64,000 bases of DNA from a virus, in IMG/VR virus record IMGVR_UViG_3300028563_000011, positions 1 to 64,000 of that record, one strand, 5' to 3'. Each line of letters begins with the position of its first letter. Positions within the stretch are counted from its first letter, which is position 1. This document shows positions 23,702-33,312 of this stretch, piece by piece. The translations under genes were made by a program, and so were the position numbers. Below the pieces are notes generated by a model. It saw only the letters and a program-made list of their open reading frames with translations, had not been told where the DNA came from and did not search any database.

Positions 23702-24682
23702 ATGTCAATAGCTGTCTTCTCTGATCCGCATTGGACAGAAAATCCTAAGGATTTATACCGGCATAATTTTGTACCTTGGTTTGTAGCCAAGCTAAAAAAG
23801 CTAAAGGTAGGTCAAGTCCTCCTTTTAGGAGACTTAACTGAAGTCAAGGACAACCATAGTGCTTGGTTGGTCAACAAAGTTGTGGGCCACATTCATGACC
23901 TATCAAAAATATGCCCGGTAATTATCTTAAAAGGGAACCACGATTACGTAGTTCCTAGTAACCCCTACTTTGCATTTCTCAATGAACTTGAGAATGTTGA
24001 ATGGGTTAATGATCCCACCCGTTTAGATATCTTAGGGTACGATTGTTTGTTATTACCTCATACTAGAAATTATAAGAAGGATTGGGCAGGCGTTCCTGTG
24101 AACACAGAATGGATATTTGCCCATAATACATTTGAGGGGGCCAATAACGGCCATGGACATAAGTTATCAGGTATACCTCAAAGCGTTTTTCCCAAAGATG
24201 CAAGAGTTATTAGTGGGGATATTCACACTCCACAACAATCTGGTTGTGTGGATTATGTTGGGGCTCCGTATCGAATCAATTTTGGTGACAACTTCGAGCC
24301 AAGATTTCTTGAAGTCATTGATGATGATCTCATCGAACACCCTTGTCCAGGACCTAGAAAACAACTCCTGGAAATTTCTTCCGTTAAGGATCTAAATAAG
24401 TTCAAGGACCTAAGCAAAGGAGATATGCTTAAGGTCCGAGTGGGATTATCACAAGACCAACAAGACGATTGGCAAAAGATCAAAGACACCATCCGTAACT
24501 GGGGAGAAAAGCAGGGGTATGTTATGGAACATATTCAACCCATTTTTGAAGTCAAACGAGTCAAAAAGGAGCGGGATCAAGATCAAAAGTCAGATGAAGA
24601 GCTCGTGCGATCATACGCAAAGCGTACAGCCACTTCCGACTTGACTCTTAAAACAGGATTGAAACTACTCAAGGGAGAATGA
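23702..24682 (+). CDS. SbcD/Mre11-like metallophosphoesterase (recombination nuclease)
   Basis: SDPH, LLGDL, GNHD, FAH, SGDIH, YVGAP motifs. Confidence 0.92.
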   Translation: MSIAVFSDPHWTENPKDLYRHNFVPWFVAKLKKLKVGQVLLLGDLTEVKDNHSAWLVNKVVGHIHDLSKICPVIILKGNHDYVVPSNPYFAFLNELENVEWVNDPTRLDILGYDCLLLPHTRNYKKDWAGVPVNTEWIFAHNTFEGANNGHGHKLSGIPQSVFPKDARVISGDIHTPQQSGCVDYVGAPYRINFGDNFEPRFLEVIDDDLIEHPCPGPRKQLLEISSVKDLNKFKDLSKGDMLKVRVGLSQDQQDDWQKIKDTIRNWGEKQGYVMEHIQPIFEVKRVKKERDQDQKSDEELVRSYAKRTATSDLTLKTGLKLLKGE

Positions 24683-24688
24683 ATAGAC

Positions 24689-24916
24689 ATGAAGATGCGA
24701 GAATACGTAGATAGCATTCAAGGAAAAGGTTCTTGGGATCATATACATGAGTGTATAGCTAAAGGCGAAATGTTCGGGTGGTCTTTACCCCCGGTATACG
24801 TTGATGGGCATGAGGTCCATATTTTTCCAGGCTCAAACCAAGAGATCTTACTAGAAGACGTTCAATCAGCAATTAAGAAAGTCTTAGCAACCCTTAATAC
24901 TGAGAAAATAGATTAG
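24689..24916 (+). CDS. hypothetical protein between sbcD-like and sbcC-like genes
   Basis: GGGAG RBS. Confidence 0.65.
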   Translation: MKMREYVDSIQGKGSWDHIHECIAKGEMFGWSLPPVYVDGHEVHIFPGSNQEILLEDVQSAIKKVLATLNTEKID

Positions 24917-24929
24917 AGTTGACTCATAA

Positions 24930-26780
24930 ATGAATTTAGTCTTTGACACTATTGAAGTCAGTAACTTTAAGGCGTTCAATGGAACCCATTCTTTCCCTCT
25001 GCAAGAGCTAGGGATTGGGCTACATTTTGTTGTGGGGGAAAATCTCGATGAGCCTAAGCTAGGTTCAAATGGTTCAGCTAAGTCAACCCTTGTTTGTGAT
25101 GCTTTGTCCTGGGGACTTTACGGTAAGACCCCAAGTGGGTTAAAGAACACAGATATACTTCCCTGGAATGGGAACAAACCGGCTTCAGTTAAAACTACTG
25201 TATTAGTCAACAATAAGCGTAATATCATTCATCGAACAGCCAACCCTAATTTCCTCTCCTTGAATGGAGAGGAATGTAATCAGGTTACCATCAATAATCT
25301 TCTTCAGCTTTCATTTGAGATATTTTCTCAGGCTGTTTTATTAGGTCAAGGCCAACCATTATTCTTCGATTTAGCCCCTAAAGCTAAGATGGAATTATTT
25401 GCTGAGGTTTTGAACCTTAGTAGGTGGGACGATCGATCCGAATTTGCAGGCAAGGCCGTAACCGACCTAGCCCACCAGGAAGCCGCTGGACAGGCTAAAT
25501 TGGCCGCCCTAAGCACGGGTGCTTCCCAGCTAGAAAAACTCCTCAGCGAGGCTTTACGGGGCGCTGAGACCTGGTCCAAAGAACGGAGTACCCGACTGAG
25601 GGAACTCCGCGCCGCTCTTATGGGGGCTAGGAAGGAACAAGATAAACTCGAAACGGAACGTACTACCTTTGACTTGGAATACGATGGCGCTTGCACTGAG
25701 CTTAAAGCCTTAGAGAACCAATCAGATAAACAATCTAAGGTGTGGCAGGGTTTGGTTGAAGCTCGTAATAAAGCCATGATCCAAGTTGGGATTTTTACTA
25801 GTGAGATGCACCGTCTTAACCAAGAACTAGCAATATTAGGTTCTAGCAACGAGTGCCCTACCTGTGGGCAGTCCATAAAAGGGACCAACCTAGAGAAGCA
25901 CAAAGCTGAAATAACTAAAGAGTACAACAAAGTCTCTAAATCAGCTGATGATTGGCTGTCCGATGCTAATGAAGAACAAAAAGAAATTGATAGAGTAAGA
26001 GCTCAGCTTGATGCTAGCCTTAAACATAAGAAAGACTTCCAATTAAAGATTGACTTAGCCCGTGTAGCCAGGGACGATAAAGCTAGAGACTTTAACCGTA
26101 TAGCGGCTAAGGCTTCTTCTTTACAAGACCAAATAAAACAAATCGATGAAGAATCAAATCCATATCGAGTGCAAGTTCAACAACTCCGCAGTCAAATACA
26201 AGAAAGTGATTCAAAAATATCTCAACAAGAAGAACTCTTACAAGAGCTAAAGGCTACCATTGATCAAACCAAGCCTTGGATTAAAGGGTTTAAGGATATC
26301 CGTTTATACGTTATGGAAGAAGTCTTAAAAGAACTTGAGCTTACAACCAATTCTATGTTGGAAGAAATGGGCCTCCAAGATTGGATTGTTACTTATAATA
26401 TTGAGCGAGAGACAAAAGCTGGGACGACAAGTCGAGGCTTGAATGTAACCATCATGTCTCCCCGATCCAAGAATGACGTAAAGTGGGAATCATGGTCTGG
26501 AGGAGAAGGTCAACGCTTGAGGCTTGTTAGTGCGTTAGCTTTAGGCGAAGTCCTTTTGAGTTATGCTGGAGTCCAAACTTCACTAGAGATTTTGGATGAA
26601 CCAACCCAACATATGTCTGGGGTTGGGGTTATGGATATGTGTGAGTATTTAAGTAATAGGGCAACCGTACTAGGGAAACAAATAATTCTAATTGATCACG
26701 TTGCACGACAATCAACTTACTTCACAACAACCACCAAAGTGGTAAAAACCAAAGAAGGAGCTAGGATAGAATGGGAGTAG
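24930..26780 (+). CDS. SbcC/Rad50-like ATPase
   Basis: Walker A GSNGSAKST, zinc hook CPTC, signature WSGGE, Walker B LDEP. Confidence 0.95.
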   Translation: MNLVFDTIEVSNFKAFNGTHSFPLQELGIGLHFVVGENLDEPKLGSNGSAKSTLVCDALSWGLYGKTPSGLKNTDILPWNGNKPASVKTTVLVNNKRNIIHRTANPNFLSLNGEECNQVTINNLLQLSFEIFSQAVLLGQGQPLFFDLAPKAKMELFAEVLNLSRWDDRSEFAGKAVTDLAHQEAAGQAKLAALSTGASQLEKLLSEALRGAETWSKERSTRLRELRAALMGARKEQDKLETERTTFDLEYDGACTELKALENQSDKQSKVWQGLVEARNKAMIQVGIFTSEMHRLNQELAILGSSNECPTCGQSIKGTNLEKHKAEITKEYNKVSKSADDWLSDANEEQKEIDRVRAQLDASLKHKKDFQLKIDLARVARDDKARDFNRIAAKASSLQDQIKQIDEESNPYRVQVQQLRSQIQESDSKISQQEELLQELKATIDQTKPWIKGFKDIRLYVMEEVLKELELTTNSMLEEMGLQDWIVTYNIERETKAGTTSRGLNVTIMSPRSKNDVKWESWSGGEGQRLRLVSALALGEVLLSYAGVQTSLEILDEPTQHMSGVGVMDMCEYLSNRATVLGKQIILIDHVARQSTYFTTTTKVVKTKEGARIEWE

Positions 26781-26986
26781 TTAAAACTATAACTCACGAT
26801 AACTTCCCGAAGCAGGGAAGCTTTCTTGGATTAGAAGTAAAAGTCATATATCATTATGACACGTCAAAGTCGGATACCGGGATTGTTGTGCGGGACGACG
26901 CGGAAGATCCTTGGGTAGTGATCATATTACTCGACAATGGTCGATATGTATTATCAACTGAGTGTCAGTATAGCTTAATACAATAA
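26771..26986 (+). CDS. conserved-looking phage hypothetical protein
   Basis: FP.QG...G..V.V..HYD....G.VVRDD.E.P....I.LD.GRY.L.TECQY. Confidence 0.8.
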   Translation: MGVVKTITHDNFPKQGSFLGLEVKVIYHYDTSKSDTGIVVRDDAEDPWVVIILLDNGRYVLSTECQYSLIQ

Positions 26987-27018
26987 AAAGAAGGCCGGAG
27001 TGATCCGGCCTTAAGTTT
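26985..27018. terminator. convergent (likely bidirectional) terminator
   Basis: AAGGCCGGA-GTGA-TCCGGCCTT with an A-tract on the left (U-tract for minus-strand transcripts). Confidence 0.8.
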
Positions 27019-27053
27019 ACTCGGGAGGAACTACACACCCAACAAGGAAAGGC

Positions 27054-27443
27054 TTAGGAGGTCCCACCAGAAGTACCACCAGAAGTATCAGTTGGGGGAG
27101 GGACATTGGTATTCAATGCAGTATCAATCTTAGCCTTGTTCGCTTCAGCTGCGGTAAAAATTGCATCAACCTTGGCCTGAACAGCCGGAGGCAGAGAAGC
27201 TCCAGAAAGAGCGTCAGCAAGCTGCTGACGAATACCAGAGATTAACGTCGAAAGACTGTCAAGACGAGTTGTCTCTCCAGTAACATCTGCCAAAACGTCG
27301 TCAAGGGAAGCCATGATTTGAGTCTCCTTAGTTAGGACTTGCTGAATGAGGCCCTGAAGCTTGATGACCTCGGCTTTGACCTCTTCCAAACCGGGCCCTG
27401 GATTAGGGTAGTGATGGTGGTGATGGGTTATCCTATCAAACAT
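27054..27443 (-). CDS. coiled-coil hypothetical protein
   Basis: GAGG RBS; possible internal start MASLDD. Confidence 0.75.
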   Translation of the reverse strand: MFDRITHHHHHYPNPGPGLEEVKAEVIKLQGLIQQVLTKETQIMASLDDVLADVTGETTRLDSLSTLISGIRQQLADALSGASLPPAVQAKVDAIFTAAEANKAKIDTALNTNVPPPTDTSGGTSGGTS

Positions 27444-27447
27444 ACCC

Positions 27448-27678
27448 TCACTCGACCCTCTTAGGCTTGATGTGAATCACAAGCCACTCCCCTTCAGAAG
27501 CAACTCGTAACCCATCAAGCTTGTAGTTTACGCCCCCAACATTAACAACACCAACCATAGATAAGAGTCTGTGCATTTCCGCTGGTGGGAATGCTGGTGC
27601 TGACGTTTTTGCGAAGGCAAGAGATAAGGCGGCGAATGATAATGCCGTAGCCCATAAAAAAGTTCCACTATGCCTCAC
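27448..27678 (-). CDS. small secreted/membrane protein
   Basis: signal-peptide-like N-terminus. Confidence 0.6.
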   Translation of the reverse strand: MRHSGTFLWATALSFAALSLAFAKTSAPAFPPAEMHRLLSMVGVVNVGGVNYKLDGLRVASEGEWLVIHIKPKRVE

Positions 27679-28441
27679 TGATTTCTCCCACTGATTGAAC
27701 CGTCCACAAATCTGACACCAATGTAGGGTTCGTAATATACCTATACGGCATAAGGAAGTGCCCCTTAACGGTAGGTAAGCCCCACTTATCGCCGTAACTA
27801 TTACGAACCAGCACCATCTGTGCTATATCATCATACCCAACTGCTACAACGCAATGCCCGCCAAGAGGATCCCCCTCCGGCATTAATAGAAGGCCATTGG
27901 CTGCGATCTGATCCCCCTCAAACTGAGGGAAAACTTGGAACCCAAAGAGGAAAGGATGCCCGGCAAATAAACAAGAACGGATACCATCTAAACTTTGAGC
28001 GACGCGAGAATATCGACCTATTAGGTTTTGCTTAGCCGCGGCAAAAGCCTGCTCATCTGGCTTTTTGGTGATAGGTTGGTTTTCAGACCAATAATCATTA
28101 GGACAAGCCCCAAATTGAGCTACAGCTTTAATAGCATTACGGATTTGAGCTCCATCGTCAGCCTCAACGTCTCCTTCTAAGTTACGAGTTACCCAATACA
28201 TAAAGTATGGAGAAGGAAACCATTCATCATCATCTGCCGTGTTAGCTCTATCTAAGTGTTGGATAATTGAAGCCAAACTATAGAAAATACAAGCATTGGT
28301 TTCGCCCTGGTCTTGAACGTAGGGCATACGATCTAATAAATCAAACTTAGGTGGCAAACTTACATGAGGACGCACGAGACCAAAATGTTGGTCTCGTGTA
28401 TCGATTGCATCTCGCTTATAACCAAAGCGATGCTTCGTCAT
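27668..28441 (-). CDS. papain-like (C1) cysteine peptidase
   Basis: QDQG...AC, GGHCVVAVGY, RNSYG..WG...GHF. Confidence 0.92.
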   Translation of the reverse strand: MTKHRFGYKRDAIDTRDQHFGLVRPHVSLPPKFDLLDRMPYVQDQGETNACIFYSLASIIQHLDRANTADDDEWFPSPYFMYWVTRNLEGDVEADDGAQIRNAIKAVAQFGACPNDYWSENQPITKKPDEQAFAAAKQNLIGRYSRVAQSLDGIRSCLFAGHPFLFGFQVFPQFEGDQIAANGLLLMPEGDPLGGHCVVAVGYDDIAQMVLVRNSYGDKWGLPTVKGHFLMPYRYITNPTLVSDLWTVQSVGEISEA

Positions 28442-28447
28442 AGTAGA

Positions 28448-28807
28448 TTACCGAACAAAGTGTCCGTGGATGGCAACCCCATAAACTCTAGGAGCAGCCC
28501 CACCACGTCGAACCCCAGTTTTGGTAACACTAGCACAAATTGAAGAAGCAATACTAGAGGCCGTGTCCACGATTGGTCCAGCACCAGCTAGAGAAGCGAT
28601 GATGGAAGCAACAGTAGCCGCAGCCGGTTCAAACTTGCAAATAGACGTTGCAATGGCTTGAACCTGAGCAATTGTAGCATCCACACTCGGGGAGATTGAT
28701 GGAAGGGTGATCGTTGGTAACGTAACAGTCGTACCACCACCAGGGGTTGTAGCACACCCTGAAAGTAAGAGACCAGATAAAGCTGCAAGCATAACTAACT
28801 TACGCAT
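28448..28807 (-). CDS. lipoprotein (possible spanin-like lysis accessory)
   Basis: lipobox LLSGC; lies after holin-like gene. Confidence 0.7.
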   Translation of the reverse strand: MRKLVMLAALSGLLLSGCATTPGGGTTVTLPTITLPSISPSVDATIAQVQAIATSICKFEPAAATVASIIASLAGAGPIVDTASSIASSICASVTKTGVRRGGAAPRVYGVAIHGHFVR

Positions 28808-28821
28808 TTGATTCTCCTCTT

Positions 28822-29163
28822 TTAGGACTGTTTAGTCTGCTTGATTGGGGTACCCATATTTTGGGAGGTTGGGACATCGACATGAGGCCCCAAAGAATCG
28901 GCCAAGGTTTGGTTGTCTACCGTGTTTTTCAGAACCACGTTACGGATTGGACCATCTGGTCCTGTAAGTTCATCCGCACTTTTGATGATTGAAGTCGCTC
29001 GATTATTCCAGAAGCCATAGACAGCCCCCGCCACTCCAAGAACCAATGCTGCATATGGAGCAACGTCTTCGGTAGCTATCCAATGTTTAGCTACAGCAAA
29101 AGTCAGGAACATTAGGATCAAACGATCCAATCCTCCTGAAATTTGACTCCAGGATGGCATCAT
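28822..29163 (-). CDS. putative holin
   Basis: two TM segments, dual Met start, position in lysis module. Confidence 0.6.
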   Translation of the reverse strand: MMPSWSQISGGLDRLILMFLTFAVAKHWIATEDVAPYAALVLGVAGAVYGFWNNRATSIIKSADELTGPDGPIRNVVLKNTVDNQTLADSLGPHVDVPTSQNMGTPIKQTKQS

Positions 29164-29226
29164 TAGGAATTCTCCTAGATGTATAAGGAAGAGATGACGG
29201 GGTTGTAGTCTTCACGTTTACGGAAG

Positions 29227-29637
29227 TCAAGCCTTTTTGGTGTGTTTGTGACGGTAATAACCACTATGGTATCTACTGTGATACCCGTGGTTATGTACAA
29301 AGCGTAAACCCCATTCTTGTCCGCCAGGATTATAGGATATATGTACGTGCTTCCCTCCTGGTGCAGAATTATAATCAGTAGAATACCCTCCTGGCCATTG
29401 GTGGAGATGATTATAAATACAACCGGGGTTTCCAGAGATATCTACAGCCCGCCCAATGGGGTGATTTGAATGGTAGCCACGCCCAGCACGAGCAGAAACA
29501 ATAGTACTACCACAGTCTTGAATTATTTCTAAAGCTTTGGATATTAACTGTGGAGCAACAACCCCATGTAATGAATCTGCAAGTGTGACGTTAAGTGAAG
29601 AAAGCAAGAACACTAAACTACCAAGAACAATCCTCAT
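29227..29637 (-). CDS. secreted M15-like zinc peptidase
   Basis: signal peptide; SNH..GRAVD and HVHIS motifs. Confidence 0.7.
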   Translation of the reverse strand: MRIVLGSLVFLLSSLNVTLADSLHGVVAPQLISKALEIIQDCGSTIVSARAGRGYHSNHPIGRAVDISGNPGCIYNHLHQWPGGYSTDYNSAPGGKHVHISYNPGGQEWGLRFVHNHGYHSRYHSGYYRHKHTKKA

Positions 29638-29646
29638 AATCCCTCC

Positions 29647-30279
29647 TTATTTTACCCATTCAGCTTTGAGCTTCTCCAAACTACCACTATAATGGTTTAT
29701 ATCTAGTCCTTTAGCACAAGTAATCCCGGGGACGTTATGGGGTAACGGTCCAACCCCGTCTCCTGTATATTGCCAAAGCCATTGAGTGGGCCATTGTTTT
29801 GGACACACTGGTTTTGGCCCGTATTGTGACAACCATAAATCTATGTTCTTCCAGAAGGGATCAGTTTTTGTACCAAGTTGTTGCTTAATTAAAAAGCCAG
29901 AATAAAGCTTGGGCCAACGTCCGACTTTATCATGGACAAGTTGTAGCCACTTTTGTACGTCTGATAATGGAACCTTTGGGTCTTCATGATCCAAAGCTAA
30001 AAGTAAATCTGAAATATCTGTCCCTATATTGGTTAAAAACCAAGAAACTTGTTCCTCTATATCTCCTGGGCTCATGTAGTGGTAGCCCCCATAAAGTAAC
30101 CCCATATCTCTAGCAGGACCTCGACGCCAACCAAAGCTATGGTCTTGAACTCCCCTACCTTCAGTTACCTTATTGATTACTCCCCAAATGCCAAAAGCTT
30201 TAGCTCCAGCAAATTTGTCTTGGACATTCTCATAGTGAGAAAGATCTATAACACGAGGTACCACATTCGTACTAACCAA
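29647..30279 (-). CDS. endolysin, GH25 muramidase
   Basis: VIDLSHY, K.TEG, G.YHY, LALD.E, LWQYT, LD.N. Confidence 0.92.
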   Translation of the reverse strand: MVSTNVVPRVIDLSHYENVQDKFAGAKAFGIWGVINKVTEGRGVQDHSFGWRRGPARDMGLLYGGYHYMSPGDIEEQVSWFLTNIGTDISDLLLALDHEDPKVPLSDVQKWLQLVHDKVGRWPKLYSGFLIKQQLGTKTDPFWKNIDLWLSQYGPKPVCPKQWPTQWLWQYTGDGVGPLPHNVPGITCAKGLDINHYSGSLEKLKAEWVK

Positions 30280-30300
30280 GAGTTCCTCCCTTTAGCGTTC

Positions 30301-33294
30301 TCATACATTACTCATTCCGGCAGCGTTAACCCATACAAGAACCTTGCCTCCGGTCGTAGCATTTGCGTTGTCTATAGCTAGACAATCAGCCACATTACCG
30401 CGATCATAAAGATACGGAGTGAGCCCGTTAACAGTGCCGTCTATACCTAAATCAAGAGGGGCCTTAGTAGATACGTCTCTAACATTGTTACGGTTAGCCG
30501 CAATTGACCAATCAATGTAGCCTTCGGCCAACCACAAACAATTACGGCGGCCAACGAAAGAATTAACTCCCGAATCACCTGTGTCATTCGACCAGATCGT
30601 TACCGGCGTATTGAGCGGCACATGGCCGCCGTTGACCGGAGCTACAGGCGTAAGTTTGCAATCAACCGTGTCCTTAAACAGAGTAGCAGAACCACCGCCA
30701 GTGTGACTAATAGAGCCGAAAATCCAAATGTCACCATTGGCTTGAGTTAGTGTAGGCCCTGCCCCACCAGAATTAAGCTGACACAATACAGTGCCAGCAC
30801 CGTCGGACGTAAAGATATTGAGTTCGCCACTCCCTCTAATAATATCAAAACTATCGAGATTATTACGAGTAACATACATAGTCTTACTGTCATCTTCCGG
30901 GCAGATGCGGAAGAAAAACGATATAGCAGTTGAGTATGATGCTGATATAGGAGGCTCAAGCATATACGCTCTATTGCCGCCACCATCTACTTGACCTGGA
31001 GGGTCTTCAATACGATTTCCAGGATTTAATCTAATATTAACTGGGATAGTATTAGCCGCACCATATAAGATTGTAACCGTTCCAGTTGTACCACCTGGGT
31101 ATACCCCAACTGTAAGATTGTACACGGGCTGGTTAGAAAATGCTGTCAAACTACGCCAAATTTGCCCCGAAGCATCGATAGTAAACTGTTTATCCTCATT
31201 CCCAGTCAATATAACAAAGGAAGTAGGGGTACCAAAAGCCGCAACTTGACCTACAGGAGCGCCGAGTTGTTGTGCGTTATAGGAAGCATTAAGCGACAAA
31301 TAGATTGTCTGTGTAGGCGGTAAACACGGAAAACCACCAGGCTGCTTAGCACGAAGCCAACGAAGCACGAAATCAGCAATGACGCGATGACCCGAATCAT
31401 TAGGATGATCGTCGTCAACACGTAACGACCGAGGAATGCGGTCAAGAATACGATCAACTTGATCGGTTGGAGATAGGTTACCTGCTGCCTGAAGTAATAC
31501 AATCTGATTGAACCATTTACCTCTATAATTTATATCTAGCCATCGTTTAATTTGCTGTACTACAACCCAACCGGAGGTTCCGCGTTGCCCGGTATGCGGC
31601 AAAAAGTAGAGACAGTCATCTCCATGATCAACGGAAGTAAAAATAGAAGCCACATTGCTCTTAATAGCGGCAATAGACGGAAGCGAGCCTAGAATCGTAA
31701 TATCGTTAGTACCACCATTAAAAACATGCGAACTTGCTTTTTGTGGAGAACTTTCAGCATTGGTATTGGTCAATATCGCAGAGGTAAGCGACCCCCCTAC
31801 ACCACGATTAGTAACAGTACCGCCGGTAGTATTAGAACCGACTACTCCTGGCCATGCTGTAGCTGTGGTAGTCGGGCCTGGAATGCCAGCTACAATGCTG
31901 TCACCTTCGGCCACAAGATTTTTTGTCAACGTAACTGGCAATGGAACAACACCAATCAAAAGCGAATCATCCGCGTTTAGCCTAGCATTAAGTACGTTAA
32001 TCTGACTTTGCAAATCAGTTATTTCTTGTTCAAGCATTGGTAAGCTATTTAATGCAACCTGAAATTCTGGTAGATCAGATAAACTGATTACTTTTATTAC
32101 TTCAATATCAGTAACAGGATCGGTGCCAAAGGTTTGAACAAAAGGACGTGCGTAGACTGCTCCTGTGGGTGCAGTTGTCACTAAATTTAGTGCGCTCCGG
32201 GATATATCTTTGTACGATTCTGTACGTCCACTGGTGACAACAAGTTCATTAAGATCATTAAGGACTGTAGTATCATTAGGAGAGTTAAGCCTCGCTTTGG
32301 TGTTGTCATACCAAGCTACCGCCAAACGAACAGTATCATTAGCTGGGTCACTACTATTTGTACGCCGACGTACAACGTATCGAACACGATAAGAATAAGT
32401 GTCCTCTAATTCAAATAGAGAACGAGTAGCAACAATCCCAGACCCAGTAACTCGTATAACGTCCCCATCACTTGCCGTTATAACTGCGCTAAGAGGGGTT
32501 AAGCTATCAGGCTCTCCTCCAGTAAGAACTGAGACAAATAAATCTGGAGTATCTCCAGGGCGGAAAGGAACACTAAAGGCTTGGACCCCAGAAAGGTCCC
32601 CAGCACCAGCACCAATATTAGCCCTAGCTTGGGCTTGCTGTGGGACCGTTAGTGATTGTCCAGTATCAAATCGCACTGCCTTACTAGCAATTTCTCCACC
32701 AACAAAAGCTGTGCTGGCTATTTTAGTACTACTGTTCCCAGAACTTTGTGTGGGAGTAGTAGGATTACCGGTTAAAGCAGGTGAATCAATCGGTGCTTTA
32801 GCCCCAAGTTCAGTTTGAACATAAGCTGTTGTAGCGATTTGGGGGGTATTAGTTCCAGGTGTAGCTGTTGGAGCAGCAGGAGTACCAGTAAGAGTGGGGG
32901 AAGCTATATTTGCTTTTGCGGATAAAGCATCAGCAGATAACCACTTCCAACCAGCAGGTGAGACCGACCAAGCATAAACGCCAGTGTTACTGACTGAACC
33001 TCCTACAACAGGATCGGTATGGGTACCCCCATCTCCATAGACTTCAGCCTTTTCTCCCAAAAAAGTTCCAGTAATAGCGCTAAGATGAACCCAAGTGTCT
33101 TGTACAATTGAGTTACCATTTGCTTGCTCAAGATTAGACAATCTTGTAGCTAAAGCGCCAGCACCACCCAATTGAGTTGCCAAGTCAGAAATAGTTTGTC
33201 TAACCGGACCTGTGTTTCCATTCACACCCAAAACATGGGTAGTAGAGGAAACAAGTGGGGAATTGGGGGCTTGGATGGTATCGTCGTCTGCCAT
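30301..33294 (-). CDS. tail fibre/spike with SGNH hydrolase domain
   Basis: SP.LTG.P.APT repeats; EGDSI, G.GGS, GGTND, DDDHPN. Confidence 0.85.
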   Translation of the reverse strand: MADDDTIQAPNSPLVSSTTHVLGVNGNTGPVRQTISDLATQLGGAGALATRLSNLEQANGNSIVQDTWVHLSAITGTFLGEKAEVYGDGGTHTDPVVGGSVSNTGVYAWSVSPAGWKWLSADALSAKANIASPTLTGTPAAPTATPGTNTPQIATTAYVQTELGAKAPIDSPALTGNPTTPTQSSGNSSTKIASTAFVGGEIASKAVRFDTGQSLTVPQQAQARANIGAGAGDLSGVQAFSVPFRPGDTPDLFVSVLTGGEPDSLTPLSAVITASDGDVIRVTGSGIVATRSLFELEDTYSYRVRYVVRRRTNSSDPANDTVRLAVAWYDNTKARLNSPNDTTVLNDLNELVVTSGRTESYKDISRSALNLVTTAPTGAVYARPFVQTFGTDPVTDIEVIKVISLSDLPEFQVALNSLPMLEQEITDLQSQINVLNARLNADDSLLIGVVPLPVTLTKNLVAEGDSIVAGIPGPTTTATAWPGVVGSNTTGGTVTNRGVGGSLTSAILTNTNAESSPQKASSHVFNGGTNDITILGSLPSIAAIKSNVASIFTSVDHGDDCLYFLPHTGQRGTSGWVVVQQIKRWLDINYRGKWFNQIVLLQAAGNLSPTDQVDRILDRIPRSLRVDDDHPNDSGHRVIADFVLRWLRAKQPGGFPCLPPTQTIYLSLNASYNAQQLGAPVGQVAAFGTPTSFVILTGNEDKQFTIDASGQIWRSLTAFSNQPVYNLTVGVYPGGTTGTVTILYGAANTIPVNIRLNPGNRIEDPPGQVDGGGNRAYMLEPPISASYSTAISFFFRICPEDDSKTMYVTRNNLDSFDIIRGSGELNIFTSDGAGTVLCQLNSGGAGPTLTQANGDIWIFGSISHTGGGSATLFKDTVDCKLTPVAPVNGGHVPLNTPVTIWSNDTGDSGVNSFVGRRNCLWLAEGYIDWSIAANRNNVRDVSTKAPLDLGIDGTVNGLTPYLYDRGNVADCLAIDNANATTGGKVLVWVNAAGMSNV

Positions 33295-33312
33295 GACTCA
33301 CCTTATCTTAAC

